Positions 1-35,743 of a DNA stretch of 64,000 bases are shown piece by piece (position 1 is the stretch's first letter; every line of letters starts with the position of its first letter). This DNA is from Chrysomallon squamiferum (taxonomy: Eukaryota; Animalia; Mollusca), in assembly GCA_012295275.1 (NCBI GenBank), contig CM022676.1:16926001-16990000 (forward strand), in the 5' to 3' direction. The notes below the pieces were generated by a model. The model did not search any database. It worked only from the letters and a program-made list of their open reading frames with translations, and was not told the DNA's origin. Position numbers and translations under genes: made by a program.

Positions 1-96
1 GTACAACACCTTTAAACAAACGAATGATAATTGTGATGTCAACAAGTTACTGATACACAATGAAATAAAATAAAATAAAATAAAATGTAAACTGAC

Positions 97-266
97 CTTC
101 ACATCTGATACCAGCGTCCTGAAAGTGATAACAGTGGTTTTTACCCCAGCCAGGAAATGAACATTTTTCAACACTGTCTTCATCTCCTTCACATCTCAGA
201 TCATGAAGCCATATTTGTCCAGTTCCCTCTCCAAAGAGACGACTTCCATATGACTTTGCATTAAAA
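97..266 (-). CDS. SRCR domain, second-half exon of a minus-strand paralog (gene continues off the left edge)
   Basis: ag/gt-bounded phase 2-1 exon: [56 protein letters not shown]. Confidence 0.9.
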
Positions 267-490
267 CTTCAAAAGAAATGAATAATATGTACAGTGAAAT
301 GAATGTTATTCCACAGGGTTTACTAAACATCTTCAACACATCTCATTTTAGAGTCAAAGATTTGAGAGGAAACGTAGTACTTTCTAAGTGTTTAACACAA
401 GAATGCGTTGATACTGAAAAGATAGTTTAAATATCCTAAGTGAAATCCGATTCTTCATCATCATTACTGCTATTCTTCTTCTTCTTCTTC

Positions 491-537
<47 letters not shown>

Positions 538-541
538 GTTA

Positions 542-576
<35 letters not shown>

Positions 577-1033
577 ATTATTATAAAATGAGTAAAAACT
601 ATGAATAAAATAAATATTATGAAACATTCTTTGGAAAAGTGTTCAGCAGACGTGCGTTTAGTGCTAAGGTTTTCGGAAGAATATACTTATTTTCTAAATT
701 ATTTCGAAACAATTTTAATTGACAATATTTGATACAATAATACTATTAATATAGTGTGAATCTAATTAACAGCATTATAAACATTTACTACTACTACTAG
801 TACTACTACTGCTAATACTGCAACTACTACAGTTATTATTATTTCTTACAAACATATTTCAAATGTTAAAAATACAATCGAGAGGAATTTCTCGTATTAT
901 GTATTTGAAGAAAAATTAATTTTCTTCTGGTTGTGGCTAAATTTGAATCTGCTACGTCTGTAAAAAAACTTATTATTTTATTTCATTAAACAACACAAAT
1001 AAATAAATAAATAAAATATAATAAACAAATTAC

Positions 1034-1178
1034 CGACTAAATCCTAACATGTGACATAAAACAGAAGCTTCTTTCTCATCAAAATAAGTATCACAAATTG
1101 TTCCCCACGTCCCGTTTACTTGAACCTCAACTCGACCTTGTGTTGGTTTTCCTCTTCCATTCATTAACCGTACTGGTA
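1034..1178 (-). CDS. SRCR domain, first-half exon of the minus-strand paralog
   Basis: [49 protein letters not shown], ag/gt-bounded; 1-1319 is a reverse-complement paralog of ~11050-12300 including the intron. Confidence 0.9.
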
Positions 1179-1319
1179 CTGAAATAATAACAGGTTTATA
1201 TATGATCAGTAAATTATCAAAGTTCAAATTATTCAGGAGAACAGTATATACACAAATATGCAAATTTGCACTTACAAAGATATGTGTTAAAGTATAATAC
1301 AGATACCGTCATATCTTTG

Positions 1320-1519
1320 NNNNNNNNNNNNNNNNNNNNNNNNNNNNNNNNNNNNNNNNNNNNNNNNNNNNNNNNNNNNNNNNNNNNNNNNNNNNNNNNN
1401 NNNNNNNNNNNNNNNNNNNNNNNNNNNNNNNNNNNNNNNNNNNNNNNNNNNNNNNNNNNNNNNNNNNNNNNNNNNNNNNNNNNNNNNNNNNNNNNNNNNN
1501 NNNNNNNNNNNNNNNNNNN
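1320..1519. other. Assembly gap (200 N)
   Basis: Run of N. Confidence 1.
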
Positions 1520-1890
1520 TTATATAGAATTGTTACAGCCATTTCATGTTTTATCATTGTATACATTTACAGGTCAAGAAATCTCCATAACAGGTTTGTA
1601 TAGGTTTTAAATATATATCCTTTACTGCAGTCGATTATGCGCACCTGCGTATGTTTGTGCTACATTACTATTAGATTCTCCAAAGCATTTGAATTTATTG
1701 TCCGCTATTTTTAGTGAGCTTTGAATCCTTGATTTGTTTTGTATTCGAAGTCGAATCTGAATTAAACATTTTATGAATGGAACATTTGAAATGTTTTCTT
1801 TGTGCTAGTTGTACGAAACTTACCTCGTATTGTGAAAGAAGAAGCATTTAGTATCAATCAAAAGCTTATAGATCTTTTATCTCTCTTTAT

Positions 1891-2081
1891 GAAAGCAAAA
1901 ACGTTTATATTGGATATTACAAATGACATTACGCGACAGAAATTTTGTTTTGTCTAGTTTATGTGTAGCGTGTGAAAGGTGTATCGCGAACGTTGGTCAC
2001 ACACTACAAATAAAATATACAAAACAAACATTATGTCGTGTAATGTCATTTATAATATCCAATATAAACATCTTTGCTTCC
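1891..2081. repeat. Imperfect inverted repeat (arms ~1891-1975 and ~1997-2081)
   Basis: Left arm gaaagcaaaaacgtttatattggatattacaaatgacattacgcgaca...gtgtga matches the reverse complement of tcacacac...atatccaatataaacatctttgcttcc. Confidence 0.8.
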
Positions 2082-2083
2082 AG

Positions 2084-2347
2084 AAATCTGGAGAAAAGGT
2101 TTATGAAGAACTTCTGTAGCAGCAGACACGTTTCAAAACTAACAGCTGTGTTTCGTCTCTTAAAGCACAGAGAAAGGGAAGATTTAACCCTCTGTCTGAG
2201 AGAAAAGTCAACAGCGTGTTTATTCAGAACCACGCGGAGTCTTACAATACGACTGATGAAATGGATTCTCCTCAGCCAGAACCTCCAGAATTCTGTTACA
2301 CCTCCCCAAATCACTCTACCTGTAAATACGCAAACCTACACGTTTAA
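2084..2347 (+). pseudogene. Relic terminal exon resembling a receptor cytoplasmic tail with YxxL motifs
   Basis: After a ttccag acceptor: KSGEKVYEELL*QQTRF...FCYTSPNHSTCKYANLHV*; one internal TAG at 2117-2119. Confidence 0.35.
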
Positions 2348-2410
2348 ATAGAATCTAAAACATACCATCAGAAATGTTCGATAACCGTGAACAGGATCAC
2401 TGTAAATATA

Positions 2411-2533
2411 CATGGATCATATTACTACTGTTATAAAAATCAGGTATACAAAATGTCAAAGGTCACTTACAGACATATAAAATGTATCTATATATCATAT
2501 CACGCACCGACGTCACCCTTCACCTAACACGTT
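2411..2533 (+). repeat. Dispersed repeat; second copy at ~31546-31667
   Basis: Shared caaaatgtcaaa...cacttacagacatataaaatgtatctata...catatcacgcacc. Confidence 0.8.
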
Positions 2534-2670
2534 TCAAGAACAACAAGTCGAGTTGTATTAAAATTTAAACTTAAAACGTTTTTCTATATATACGGTGTTT
2601 GAGTCATGGACTCTAAACGCGTTTCAATAATTATTATTATATTTATTACTTTTTATAATTATTATTTTTG

Positions 2671-2703
<33 letters not shown>

Positions 2704-2772
2704 GTATTATTATTAGTATTATTATTTACTTATTTCTTTGCTTGTTTCTATCCATCTTTTAAATCGCTGATG

Positions 2773-3242
2773 TTAGACATTTTGTACTGTATTTTTCTTT
2801 TAATTATGAATATAATATTTGGACGTCAGCTAACTCTTGTTGCATATTTTTTATAGCAATATTTGGAAGTAAGCCAGCTCTAGAATAGTCGAACGTTACA
2901 TCGAAGAGAACAGTTCTTTGTGAATGTATGAATGTCTTTGTATGTGTGTATGCACATCGGTGTGACTTATTAGTGAGTCTTTGACAGACATATTTGTAAT
3001 CATAATTTTGTTTTCTCTGTAGTAAATTATATAATATTCTGACAATCCTTATTTTAAGATTCCCAAATAAAGCCGAATGTCTGATACATTTTATATTTTG
3101 TAGGTATGATACTACAGTAATATTTATTGTGCTGTAGTGTATATTAGGTTTATAAATTCATATTCTTACGGTTCTTCAATATTTAGCTGATTAGTGTCAG
3201 AAAATGGGGCAACTACGGATCATTATGATTATTATGATTATT

Positions 3243-3300
<58 letters not shown>

Positions 3301-3524
3301 GCTCTCTGTTTGTATGTTTCTTTTTAGTCACTGCCGTCAGACATTTTGTATTGTATTTTTTTTTTGGTTATTATGAATATAATATTTGAACGTCAGCCAG
3401 CTGTTTTTGTATATATTTTATGGCAATATTTGGATGTAAGGCAGCACTACAATAATGGAAAGTAACGTCGAGGAGAACAGTTCTGTGTGAATGTATGAAT
3501 GTTTTTGTATGCGTGTATGCGCAT
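2773..3524 (+). repeat. Direct duplication of ~185 bp (2773-2957 and 3337-3524)
   Basis: Both copies share agacattttgta...attatgaatataatattt...gagaacagttct...gtgaatgtatgaatgt. Confidence 0.8.
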
Positions 3525-6132
3525 ACAACAAAGGAGAGGTTAACAGAGAGAGATATATTATTTGTCATTATATTTTTCTTCCCGTGGGAACTTTTATACA
3601 ACTTAACTACATCTATATCTAAATCTTTACGTTTTATACATTAAATATTTAATTCTTACATGAAATTCATGCCCTGTAAGTGACACCAAAACCACATACA
3701 TTGTTAGCAACACTAGCAATCTCACCATCACATCGTGTACCATGATGGTTTGTGGCTGCAACAAAATAATCAGAATAGTTTTAATTTTACTTGTCAAGTC
3801 TTTAGTTTTTTTTCAAAATCAAAAATGATTTTAACATATACATTCAGTATAAGATGTTTTATTTAGACTTAGGATAATGTTTTTATTGTTCATTACTGCC
3901 CCAGAAAACAATTGATAATATCTGAAATGTTGCCCTGGATTATATCATCTTTATATTATTATTATTATTATTATTATTAATATTATTTTTATTATTACTA
4001 TTATTATTATTTGTTAACACATAAATAAATAACAATATCATTATAATATTAAGTTAAATTAAAAAACGAATTTAATAACAGGAAGAGGGACACAGAGAGG
4101 GACAGAGAAAGAGAGAGAGATATATGAGGATGAAGATATTAAAAACAAAATATCGATAATATAAAGTCTTTTATTATAATGATATGACGATGATAATAGT
4201 GATGACGATTAAACAGTTACAAGTACTATCCAAATCAAAATGTTTTAACTCAAGATTCACACAAAGTTAATACAAATAAATTGACGGACACTGAACAAAA
4301 TTTTGAGGTCACTAGGCATAGGTTCAGAATCATTATCATTGATCTCCCAGCTGACTTTTTACAGCTTACTTTTGTCTAATATTCAATGTTTGTCTACTTG
4401 TTATGAAAGAGTTATCCGTTAAAACATTACAGGTTACCTAAAGATAATTCCAAGATGCTTTTCTTTGCGAAATTTCAGTATACCAAGACCAACATATGAA
4501 GTTAAATCTGGTTGGTGCCAGTTATGCATCTGAGCTAAAAATAGTGTATGAAGGTATATGTGGGCGTTATTTACGAGTATCAAATGTGCTTAGAGCAGAG
4601 CAGTTTTTTCTAACTGACTGTCACATCTGTGTGAATAGACGTGTGTGTGTGTGTATGTGTTTGTTAAGTTGAGTGCATGTCATTGTCTACATATTTGTTT
4701 GTTTCTGTGTGTGTCTATATCCTTGCCAAAATTTATGTTAAAATGTACTGATAGAGAAAAGTAATCTAAATTTGTTCTGCACACTACTAGACTGTATTAT
4801 TTCATTTCGGCTGATCCAGTATAAGGATGATTCCACGGTATCAAGATTCAGAAGTGTTTGATCTCTTAGCAACTGTCATGACTACTAAAAGGGAACTCAA
4901 CACCTATGCTGTACTATCTCTGATGATAAAAACATTTTAATGCATGATCAAGTAATCTGATGACTTAACCAAACATTGAGAGACATTAAAAATCATACCG
5001 AAGTTGCCTAGGATTTCCCAGTGTTTTGTTACACTGGTACCGTGGTAATTCCCGTCATGAATGAAATTTACATCTCTGGAAATATGTTGAACAGCACACT
5101 CTACAACACTCCAGTCGTTAACTTCTTTTCTTTTTTTCTTTTTTTTTTCGCTTTTTAATTAGTCAAGGAAATGAGCAAACCGGCTATACTGAAAAATTGT
5201 TTGTGATTATCATTATTCTGCAAGTTTCATTTGGTTGTAATTAGCGAAACTGCTTCTTGCACTAAACATATTGAATCACAAAGAGAAACGTTAAAAACTT
5301 GCTTTTAAATTTTATCTTTGTTTAGACCACCGCTTCATAATACAGAAATGTTGAGACAGCAATCCGATCATGAAACAATAAGTCTAGTATTTTTGTTATT
5401 AGCAATGGAACTGTAACATGCGCTTCACCACTGATATAATAACACAGAGCAGAAACTTGAAAAATATCACCTAGAAGGAAAACACATAAGATTGTGTTTT
5501 TTAAAAAGTTGAAATATATAGTAGGAATGAAGAAGTTCTCGCTATAGTTCGTATTCTGGGAAGATCAAGCAAATATCCATTCATAATTATTATAATCAAT
5601 TAGCAAGTACAAAGTTTAAGTGTGAAGAGAGAATGGAGAGAATTATACTGAAATTCATGTTCATTAATTGTTTAATAGTTAAGATTCAGACTGCGCCCAT
5701 ACTGATAAATGACTGCGTATCGTAGACACATTTAGTGCTATTCTGATCAATATCACTAATAATGATTTGTTGATCGTTCATGAACCAATTATTTATATGT
5801 GTTTTATATCCAGTAACCTAAAGATAATGTTTTCTCGAATCCTGAATTCGCTGAAAAATTTATATCAGAATAGCCATTACAAATGAATCAGTGTTCAGTT
5901 AATCTCTATCACACAAACTCACGGACACTATCACACTTAAACACACACGTACCTTATGTTGGTTTCGGTTTCTGGAGTATACACACTGACAAACTATTTT
6001 AAATCAATAAATAGAGATAGACGTCATATTGGTGGATAAATGCACACGGTATATAAATTGGTGGATAAACAGACATGAATAAGTAACATACGTACTTTGC
6101 CTTTATGTCATACTGACATGCGCCACTTGTAA

Positions 6133-6168
6133 ATTTGCATTCGTCAGTCAACGAGCTATGTATATAAA
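6133..6168 (+). promoter_or_regulatory. Putative core promoter: octamer ATTTGCAT, CGTCA half-CRE, TATATAAA
   Basis: Motifs at 6133-6140, 6142-6146 and 6161-6168 just upstream of the signal-peptide exon; ttcgtcagtca and TATATAA recur in the paralogous copy at 9003-9030. Confidence 0.5.
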
Positions 6169-6244
6169 GAAAGGAATCGGGATCTAAATCACAGTAGTTG
6201 TGTTTGACCGAGACAAAATGATCTGTACAGTTTTTATAAAAGAA

Positions 6245-29163
<22,919 letters not shown>

Positions 29164-30119
29164 AATATCTCTTTATTAATGTATTTACTTAAAACATCGA
29201 CACAGCTTATGTTATTAATTTTACAATGCGTATACATACGCATACAAACATACTTACATGGGTTAAACATTTGGCAATTATTCAGAATTATTGAATTTGA
29301 TTAACCAACAGAGGCAATTAAATATCTATGTTTTGCTTTTCATACAAGAACCTCGTTATACAAATTTGTTTCAAATCTTGTTTGATACTTGCATTATCTT
29401 TACGTTAGGACAATGTAATATGCAGTGTATGTTTGTGTAGTAAGTTATGTTTTAAAATTAAAGTGTGTTTCTTTCAATTAACTTGTACTGTACAGCATAT
29501 TATTGCGATAAATCTGTAAAACTGTGATTAAACTTTTTTTAGTCATATTCTGATTAATCTATACATAGTAAATTTTATAATCTAACATTCTGTAAACATG
29601 ATTGTAACTGGTTGTAGCTGTGTTAAATCACTGGTTAAAACCAGTGTATACAATCCATTAATTATACACTAAACACACATGTATGTCACATTTGTCTAAA
29701 TACTTATTTCTGACTTCACGATTTATAAACAAGTTAAATGTGCTTTGTATATAACTTACATTATATTCATTTTAAGATAGGAAACAGTGAAAGTAAGAAT
29801 AAATAATCTCACACTATCAATAAGAAACTAAAATCATTAAACAAGTCTCTAATGATATGTAATTATTTCCGTAAATAATGACAAAGCGTTCTGCAAACTT
29901 CCTTCAGTTTCCTACAGCTTTTAGTAATTTATTAACTTACTTATTTGTTTTTCTATCTGTCTGTCTATCCGTCTCTCTATTTATTTATAGCTGATTTATT
30001 ATATTCATCACGTCATCATTTATTTATTATATTCATCATACTCGTCATCATTCTTCTATTTATTTAATTGTTTTGATTAATTAATTGATTAATTAATTAA
30101 TTAATGTATTTATTTATTA

Positions 30120-30163
<44 letters not shown>

Positions 30164-30172
30164 TACTATTAC

Positions 30173-30223
<51 letters not shown>
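30120..30223. repeat. (ATT)n microsatellite
   Basis: Direct reading; dozens of similar (ATT/AAT)n tracts throughout the window. Confidence 0.95.
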
Positions 30224-30224
<1 letters not shown>

Positions 30225-30287
30225 TTGTTATTGTTGTGGCGTGTATCTGTGTGAATGTATGTGGAACGCTTGGACCCAGTCTAATTT

Positions 30288-30450
30288 AAGGGAGGTAACC
30301 CATATTAACTATTATACTTTTAGTGCTAGAGTCATCGCTCTGTTTCTCACTTTGCATGTAAATCGATCTAATACTTATGATTTCAGATACAAATTTGCTG
30401 ACTTTGTCAGACATATCTCCAAAGTAAGTAAACGTAATGTTCTTGTTACA
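30288..30450 (+). repeat. Direct repeat containing a 37-nt ag/gt micro-exon-like segment (30387-30423); second copy at 36313-36490 (36425-36461)
   Basis: aagggaggtaacccatattaa...aaatcgatctaatacttatgatttcag[37 nt]gtaagt in both copies. Confidence 0.8.
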
Positions 30451-31131
30451 CACACTTGTTTTTGTCTAAACTTTGTGATATCAGGAAAATATATTTATTC
30501 TAAGAATTTCATCAGTCTAATCATGCTTATTTTGAGATACTTATCTGTCTGTGTTTGTTGAAGATGATCAAAAACAGTTTACATATATATGTACGTGTGT
30601 GTCTGTGTGTGCGAGGCAGAAAGACAGTGTGCATGCATGTGTATATGTGTGATGGATATATATATATATATATGTACATACACAACAAAGTGAGTGACAG
30701 TTTGATGTTTTCGTGTAATTTACTTGTAGATGAGCCTTTGGCAAAGATAGTAAACAGTAAGAGATAGACAACAAAAGGCACACTGGCTCCTTCTATTAGC
30801 AGTATCAAAGTTGAAGTATAACACTCTACAGGATGTTGACGTTACCTGAGTAAAGATGAAGGAAAAACAGTTAGATCAGTACTTTTATGTCAACTCTGAG
30901 AGGGCAGACATTTTAAATACGGATCGTACAAAACATTCGAACTTTCAGTATAGAATCTACTTATTCATTTGGAAACTAATTTAAATAGATGAAACAGGAC
31001 ATTTATAGTACTAAACGATAAACTGTGTCATAAAGGAATTGTTATTGTTATTATTCTTCTTCTTCTACTTCTTCTTCTTCTTTTTCTTCTTCTTCTTCTT
31101 CTTATTATTATTATTATTATTATTATTTTTA

Positions 31132-31171
<40 letters not shown>

Positions 31172-31286
31172 GTTTATTATTATTATGCTTATATATATTT
31201 TATGTCAGATATTGTAAATTGCATTAAGCCATTATACCAAGTTTTCTTTCTATACCTAGTATTATCAGGGATACCCTACAAAGATA

Positions 31287-31375
<89 letters not shown>

Positions 31376-31393
31376 TTCCTCTTATACGACAGG

Positions 31394-31431
<38 letters not shown>

Positions 31432-32691
31432 TAGATAGATATAGATATAGATATACATATATCTCTGTGTGTGTATCTGTGGGTATGCATGTGTGAAAAA
31501 AACGAATTGAAAATGATTTGTTCTCATCATTCTTGTAGCCAGATGCATGGTTCATGTAACTACAGTTATATAAAACTGTCATACAAAATGTCAAATAACA
31601 CTTACAGACATATAAAATGTATCTATATGTCATATCACGCACCGGCGTCACCCTTCAACAAACACGTTATCAACAACTACAACAAGTACAACAACAACAA
31701 CAACAAAAATAATAATAATAATAACAACAACAACAACAACAACAATAATAATAAATTAATTAATTTAATGCTGTTTATTTGCATTTTACGCTCCTAGTTT
31801 AAAAAAGAAATATTGGAACAAATAAAACAGAACAAAACAAAATGTGTGTGTAATCAATTTTGAAATAGAAAAGTCTACATACCAAACATTTGCAGTCAGC
31901 TTCAGCGGATGTATCTGATGATGTGGTATATAAACTGAGTTTTTATTTTCTGTTGATGTAAACATTAACGTTTCCACGAAATTAACTGATAAGTGTACTT
32001 TCACTTTAATTACCGTTTATACCAGAGTACAGGGGACAAAATGTAGAAATATTTCTTCAAACACATTTACATATGCATATAAAATCACTTACACAAATAC
32101 ATGTGCAAGCATACGTAAATATATAAGTCACTAATGCACACAGATAATGTTCACACTCATCCGCACACATACGCAAGATATGCTAGACAATTCAGTCTAA
32201 AGGAAGCGTTTGGAACTGGTATAAAAGATCAGTAGTAGCCGCTATTTTCCTGAAAGTATTTAATTATAAGTTTATACATTGTTATATTTCACAATTTTAT
32301 ACTGTAATACTCTCAGAATATTTTATCAGAAGTTGATCTTTGATACTGGTACCAATCTTTATTTTATTTTATTTTTATTTTTATTTTTATTTTTTGTTAT
32401 TATTATTATTTTATTTTATTAACGTAAAATATATAGCGCTGCTCTAAAATTTGAACTCAAAACTAATCATGTAAAAGTTATGGTAAACGTGTTTCTATAA
32501 TTAAATGTATTTATTTATTTATTTATGTGTTTGTTTTAGATCTGTGACGTCAGCCAAATTTAGTGTTAATTGAATGTTACGGCGAAAGGATCAATGTGAA
32601 TGTCTCTGTGTGTGTGTGAGTGTCTGTGCGAGTGAGTGTGTGTGTGTGTGTGTGTGTGAGTGAGTGTGTGTGTGTGTGTGAGTGAGTGAGA

Positions 32692-32772
<81 letters not shown>

Positions 32773-33041
32773 GTTATTTTTCATTATTTGCAGTGTCATA
32801 CGTATTTATCTATCTATGTAATCATATATATAATGATGATAAGATTAAAACTAAATTAGTTTTCACAGCTAAACGTACAGTTGTAATTCAGTTACTGGTA
32901 TCAGTTAAATGAAAGTGAGGAATGGCAACATTTGTTTCACAACATCCGGTTTATTTATATATTTTTATTTTTTATTTCTATTTATATATTTATATATTTA
33001 TTTGTATATTTATATATTTTTGTATTCATTTATTTTTATTA

Positions 33042-33144
<103 letters not shown>

Positions 33145-33326
33145 GTGTGTGTTTTATTACAACTAAAAGATTGCGGACGTCCAGAAATGAACAATGATTA
33201 TGCTAATACCAAGAGATAAATTACTGTTCACAAGAAACTCTAAATGTAATTAGTTGGTGGGAAGTTCACTGTTGAAATCGGTTGAGAAGTGGCGACATTT
33301 GTATCAGAGGTTCATGTTTCTTTCTC

Positions 33327-33334
33327 TATTTAAA
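33327..33334 (+). promoter_or_regulatory. Putative TATA-like box TATTTAAA
   Basis: About 50 nt upstream of the ATG at 33381; kappaB-like GGGAAGTTCA at 33259-33268. Confidence 0.4.
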
Positions 33335-33380
33335 CACCAACAACATCATCGTCAACATCACTCGGACGAAGACAACCAAG

Positions 33381-33594
33381 ATGAAGGGAGTCGCTTTTCA
33401 GTTTGTCTTAGCGTTTCTTTGTCTGCTATTAGCGTTGGCCCAGTCTGTGCAGGTGTCTGACTCAGATGTTGAGACTGTCGAGTCGAAGAGAAGCCACTCA
33501 GGACAGAATCACGGCTTTGATCTGAAGTCGCTTTTTAAACGAGATATCATCCACTCGAGTAAATTAGGAAATAAAATAGTCCAGCCGAAACTGG
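33381..33594 (+). CDS. Exon 1: signal peptide and propeptide
   Basis: MKGVAFQFVLAFLCLLLALAQS-VQVSDSDVETVESKRSHSGQNHGFDLKSLFKRDIIHSSKLGNKIVQPKL; donor G|gtgagt. Confidence 0.8.
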
Positions 33595-34904
33595 GTGAGT
33601 TTGTTTTATTTCCTTTTCCTGTAAAACAACATAATCATTATTATCATCATCATCTTCATCATCATTATCACCATCTTTATCATCATCACCATCATCATCA
33701 TCATTATCATCAGCATATATAATTTTTGAAAGTCTTCTCCAGCTGTCGTTAATCTGTCATTGAAAATATAGTGTCTAATTCGGATATGCATTTTATTTAT
33801 GTTTTTGTTATTATATATCTGTAGTGCATTCTTCTCTGTACTGTTTCCTATAGTTTATGATAATCAAATCATTTTATTGTACACTTCGGACTTCGGGTGT
33901 AAATTCCTGAATTAAAAAAAAAAAAAAAAAAAGTTATATAATACTTAGTTTTGTCAACAATTTTGCAAGGACGATCACTTCTGAAAAAAAATGACGGCAG
34001 TTTTTATGTAATTAGGCTACAATGTGACATGAAATGACCGCCATTCTTTGAAAGCTTAACAAATAATGATGACATACATCTTGTAGTTACTATATTGAGC
34101 TAAATGAACAATATTATTAATAAAGATTTAGCTATGAAGGGTTCACGATAGGCTGGAAAAATAGGGAGGAGTCACTTCTGTCTCTAGACACAAGTGACAC
34201 TTTGTAAAAGAAAAATGAGACAATAAGACATAACCAAGCATTTGTCACAAACATAAAATTAAATATCTACATGTATACATGTTCTGTATCTAATAAAACA
34301 GGGACTTTAACAACATATTTTATACACATTCATGGCATAAGTGATAAAATGATTTAAGAAAAGTTTTATTCTTATGTTTGTTTAATACTACTGGTAGCCT
34401 ACTTTCTCAAGTCTTCACCTCTGCGTACTGGGTTTCTTAATTCTAATCTTTACCATGTCATTCTCTTCAGTCCTTCTCAATTAAAGTTCAATACCTGTGT
34501 TGATTCACACAATTTAAAAAAAAAAAAAAAAAAAAAAGAAAATTCTTGCAGTTTTATTGATTGTCAATTATAATTTCGGTGAAAAATAAAAGGAATATAT
34601 AGTAGTATTTTTGCAGTGTTATTACTAAATATAATTTAATAATAATAATACTAATAATAATAAATAAATAAATATAAATATTGTTTTTTAAAAAGTTTTC
34701 TATAAAATGGTGAACATTTAATAATAATAATCGGCAAATCAACGTGTAATCAGCGGCAAAATAGATATTTAATAAATTTGTAATAAAAAAATATCCAATT
34801 TTTTTTGTCGTTTTGTATATAACGGCAAATAATAATGTAATGAAAACAAAGCTCATTTTCCCAAAGGGAATCCGGTGTTGAAAAGTCCACGCTCTCTCTC
34901 TCTC

Positions 34905-34968
<64 letters not shown>

Positions 34969-35048
34969 CAAATTTAAACTCTCTCTGTGTGCGTTTATTA
35001 ATAAGACAAAACATCAATTAATTATTATCATTATATTATTTATTTATT

Positions 35049-35091
<43 letters not shown>

Positions 35092-35157
35092 GCATATATT
35101 AATATATATATATATATTTTTTTTTTATTTGTATTATTATTTTTTTTTCACGTGAAG

Positions 35158-35316
35158 ATCTTTGGTCTGTTAGGAGGCAGGTAGAGAACGAAACTACTAG
35201 AAGCAAGAGGCTCCGTTATTTCAGGAAATATATTTGGTGATCCCTTCTTCGCACATTAAAATTCAAAAAGAAAACATGCAGTGGAAGGCGCATGACAATA
35301 CAGTACTCTAAACAAG
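35158..35316 (+). CDS. Exon 2: furin-type site and start of mature domain, with internal TGA
   Basis: DLWSVRRQVENETTRSKR-LRYFRKYIW*SLLRTLKFKKKTCSGRRMTIQYSKQ; poly-T acceptor, donor G|gtgaca. Confidence 0.65.
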
Positions 35317-35528
35317 GTGACACACGTCTGCTTCTTTCAGTGTTAAGGTGAAACGGTTTTTTAAATTTAGAGTGTTCATATTTCAACTTTTCGTTGCGGT
35401 TTAAAAAGTGATATTAACAAACACAAATATTCAAATACACGAACAAACACACATAGAGACATGCACATAAATTTTGATTTTGTCTTAATATTTTTGTTTT
35501 GTTTTTCGTTTTATTTTATATTTTAAAG

Positions 35529-35743
35529 GTGGTTACTCTGCCGCTTCAAGTGACTACAGTAAACTAAAAGTGGAGGGTAGCAGGCCAATCAGCGGTAAGA
35601 ATGGACTCCTAGGATACACGGGGAAAATTGGTGACTGGAAAATTACGGTCCGGAACAAGAGCTCGGGAAAAAATCCTAAACCAACCCTGTCATTTACGTC
35701 AAAGGACGGTAGAACTGTAATAAAAATCAGATACGAAAATTAA
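35529..35743 (+). CDS. Exon 3: core of the toxin-like domain
   Basis: GGYSAASSDYSKLKVEGSRPISGKNGLLGYTGKIGDWKITVRNKSSGKNPKPTLSFTSKDGRTVIKIRYEN*; open frame, GC-richer than the flanks. Confidence 0.75.

Larger units (their letters stand above)
33381..35743 (+). pseudogene. Three-exon secreted preproprotein with a bacterial polymorphic-toxin-like C-terminal domain; one in-frame TGA (35238-35240)
   Basis: Exons 33381-33594, 35158-35316 and 35529-35743, joined by phase-1 gt/ag introns, give 196 codons: signal peptide, KR and RSKR sites, then ...TIQYSKQGGYSAASSDYSKL...GYTGKIGDWKITVRNKSSGKNPKPTLSFTSKDGRTVIKIRYEN*; AATAAA at 35788-35793. Confidence 0.75.

Noticed and set aside
1923-2351. 142-aa and 105-aa ORFs on opposite strands
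   Set aside because: No recognisable motifs; they overlap an inverted repeat, and another frame gives a more plausible relic
5010-5053. kappaB-like sites upstream of gene 1
   Set aside because: Imperfect short matches expected by chance, with no conservation evidence
33630-33722. Poly-His C-terminus of the 146-aa ORF
   Set aside because: Lies past the strong donor at 33595; intronic (CAT)n repeat
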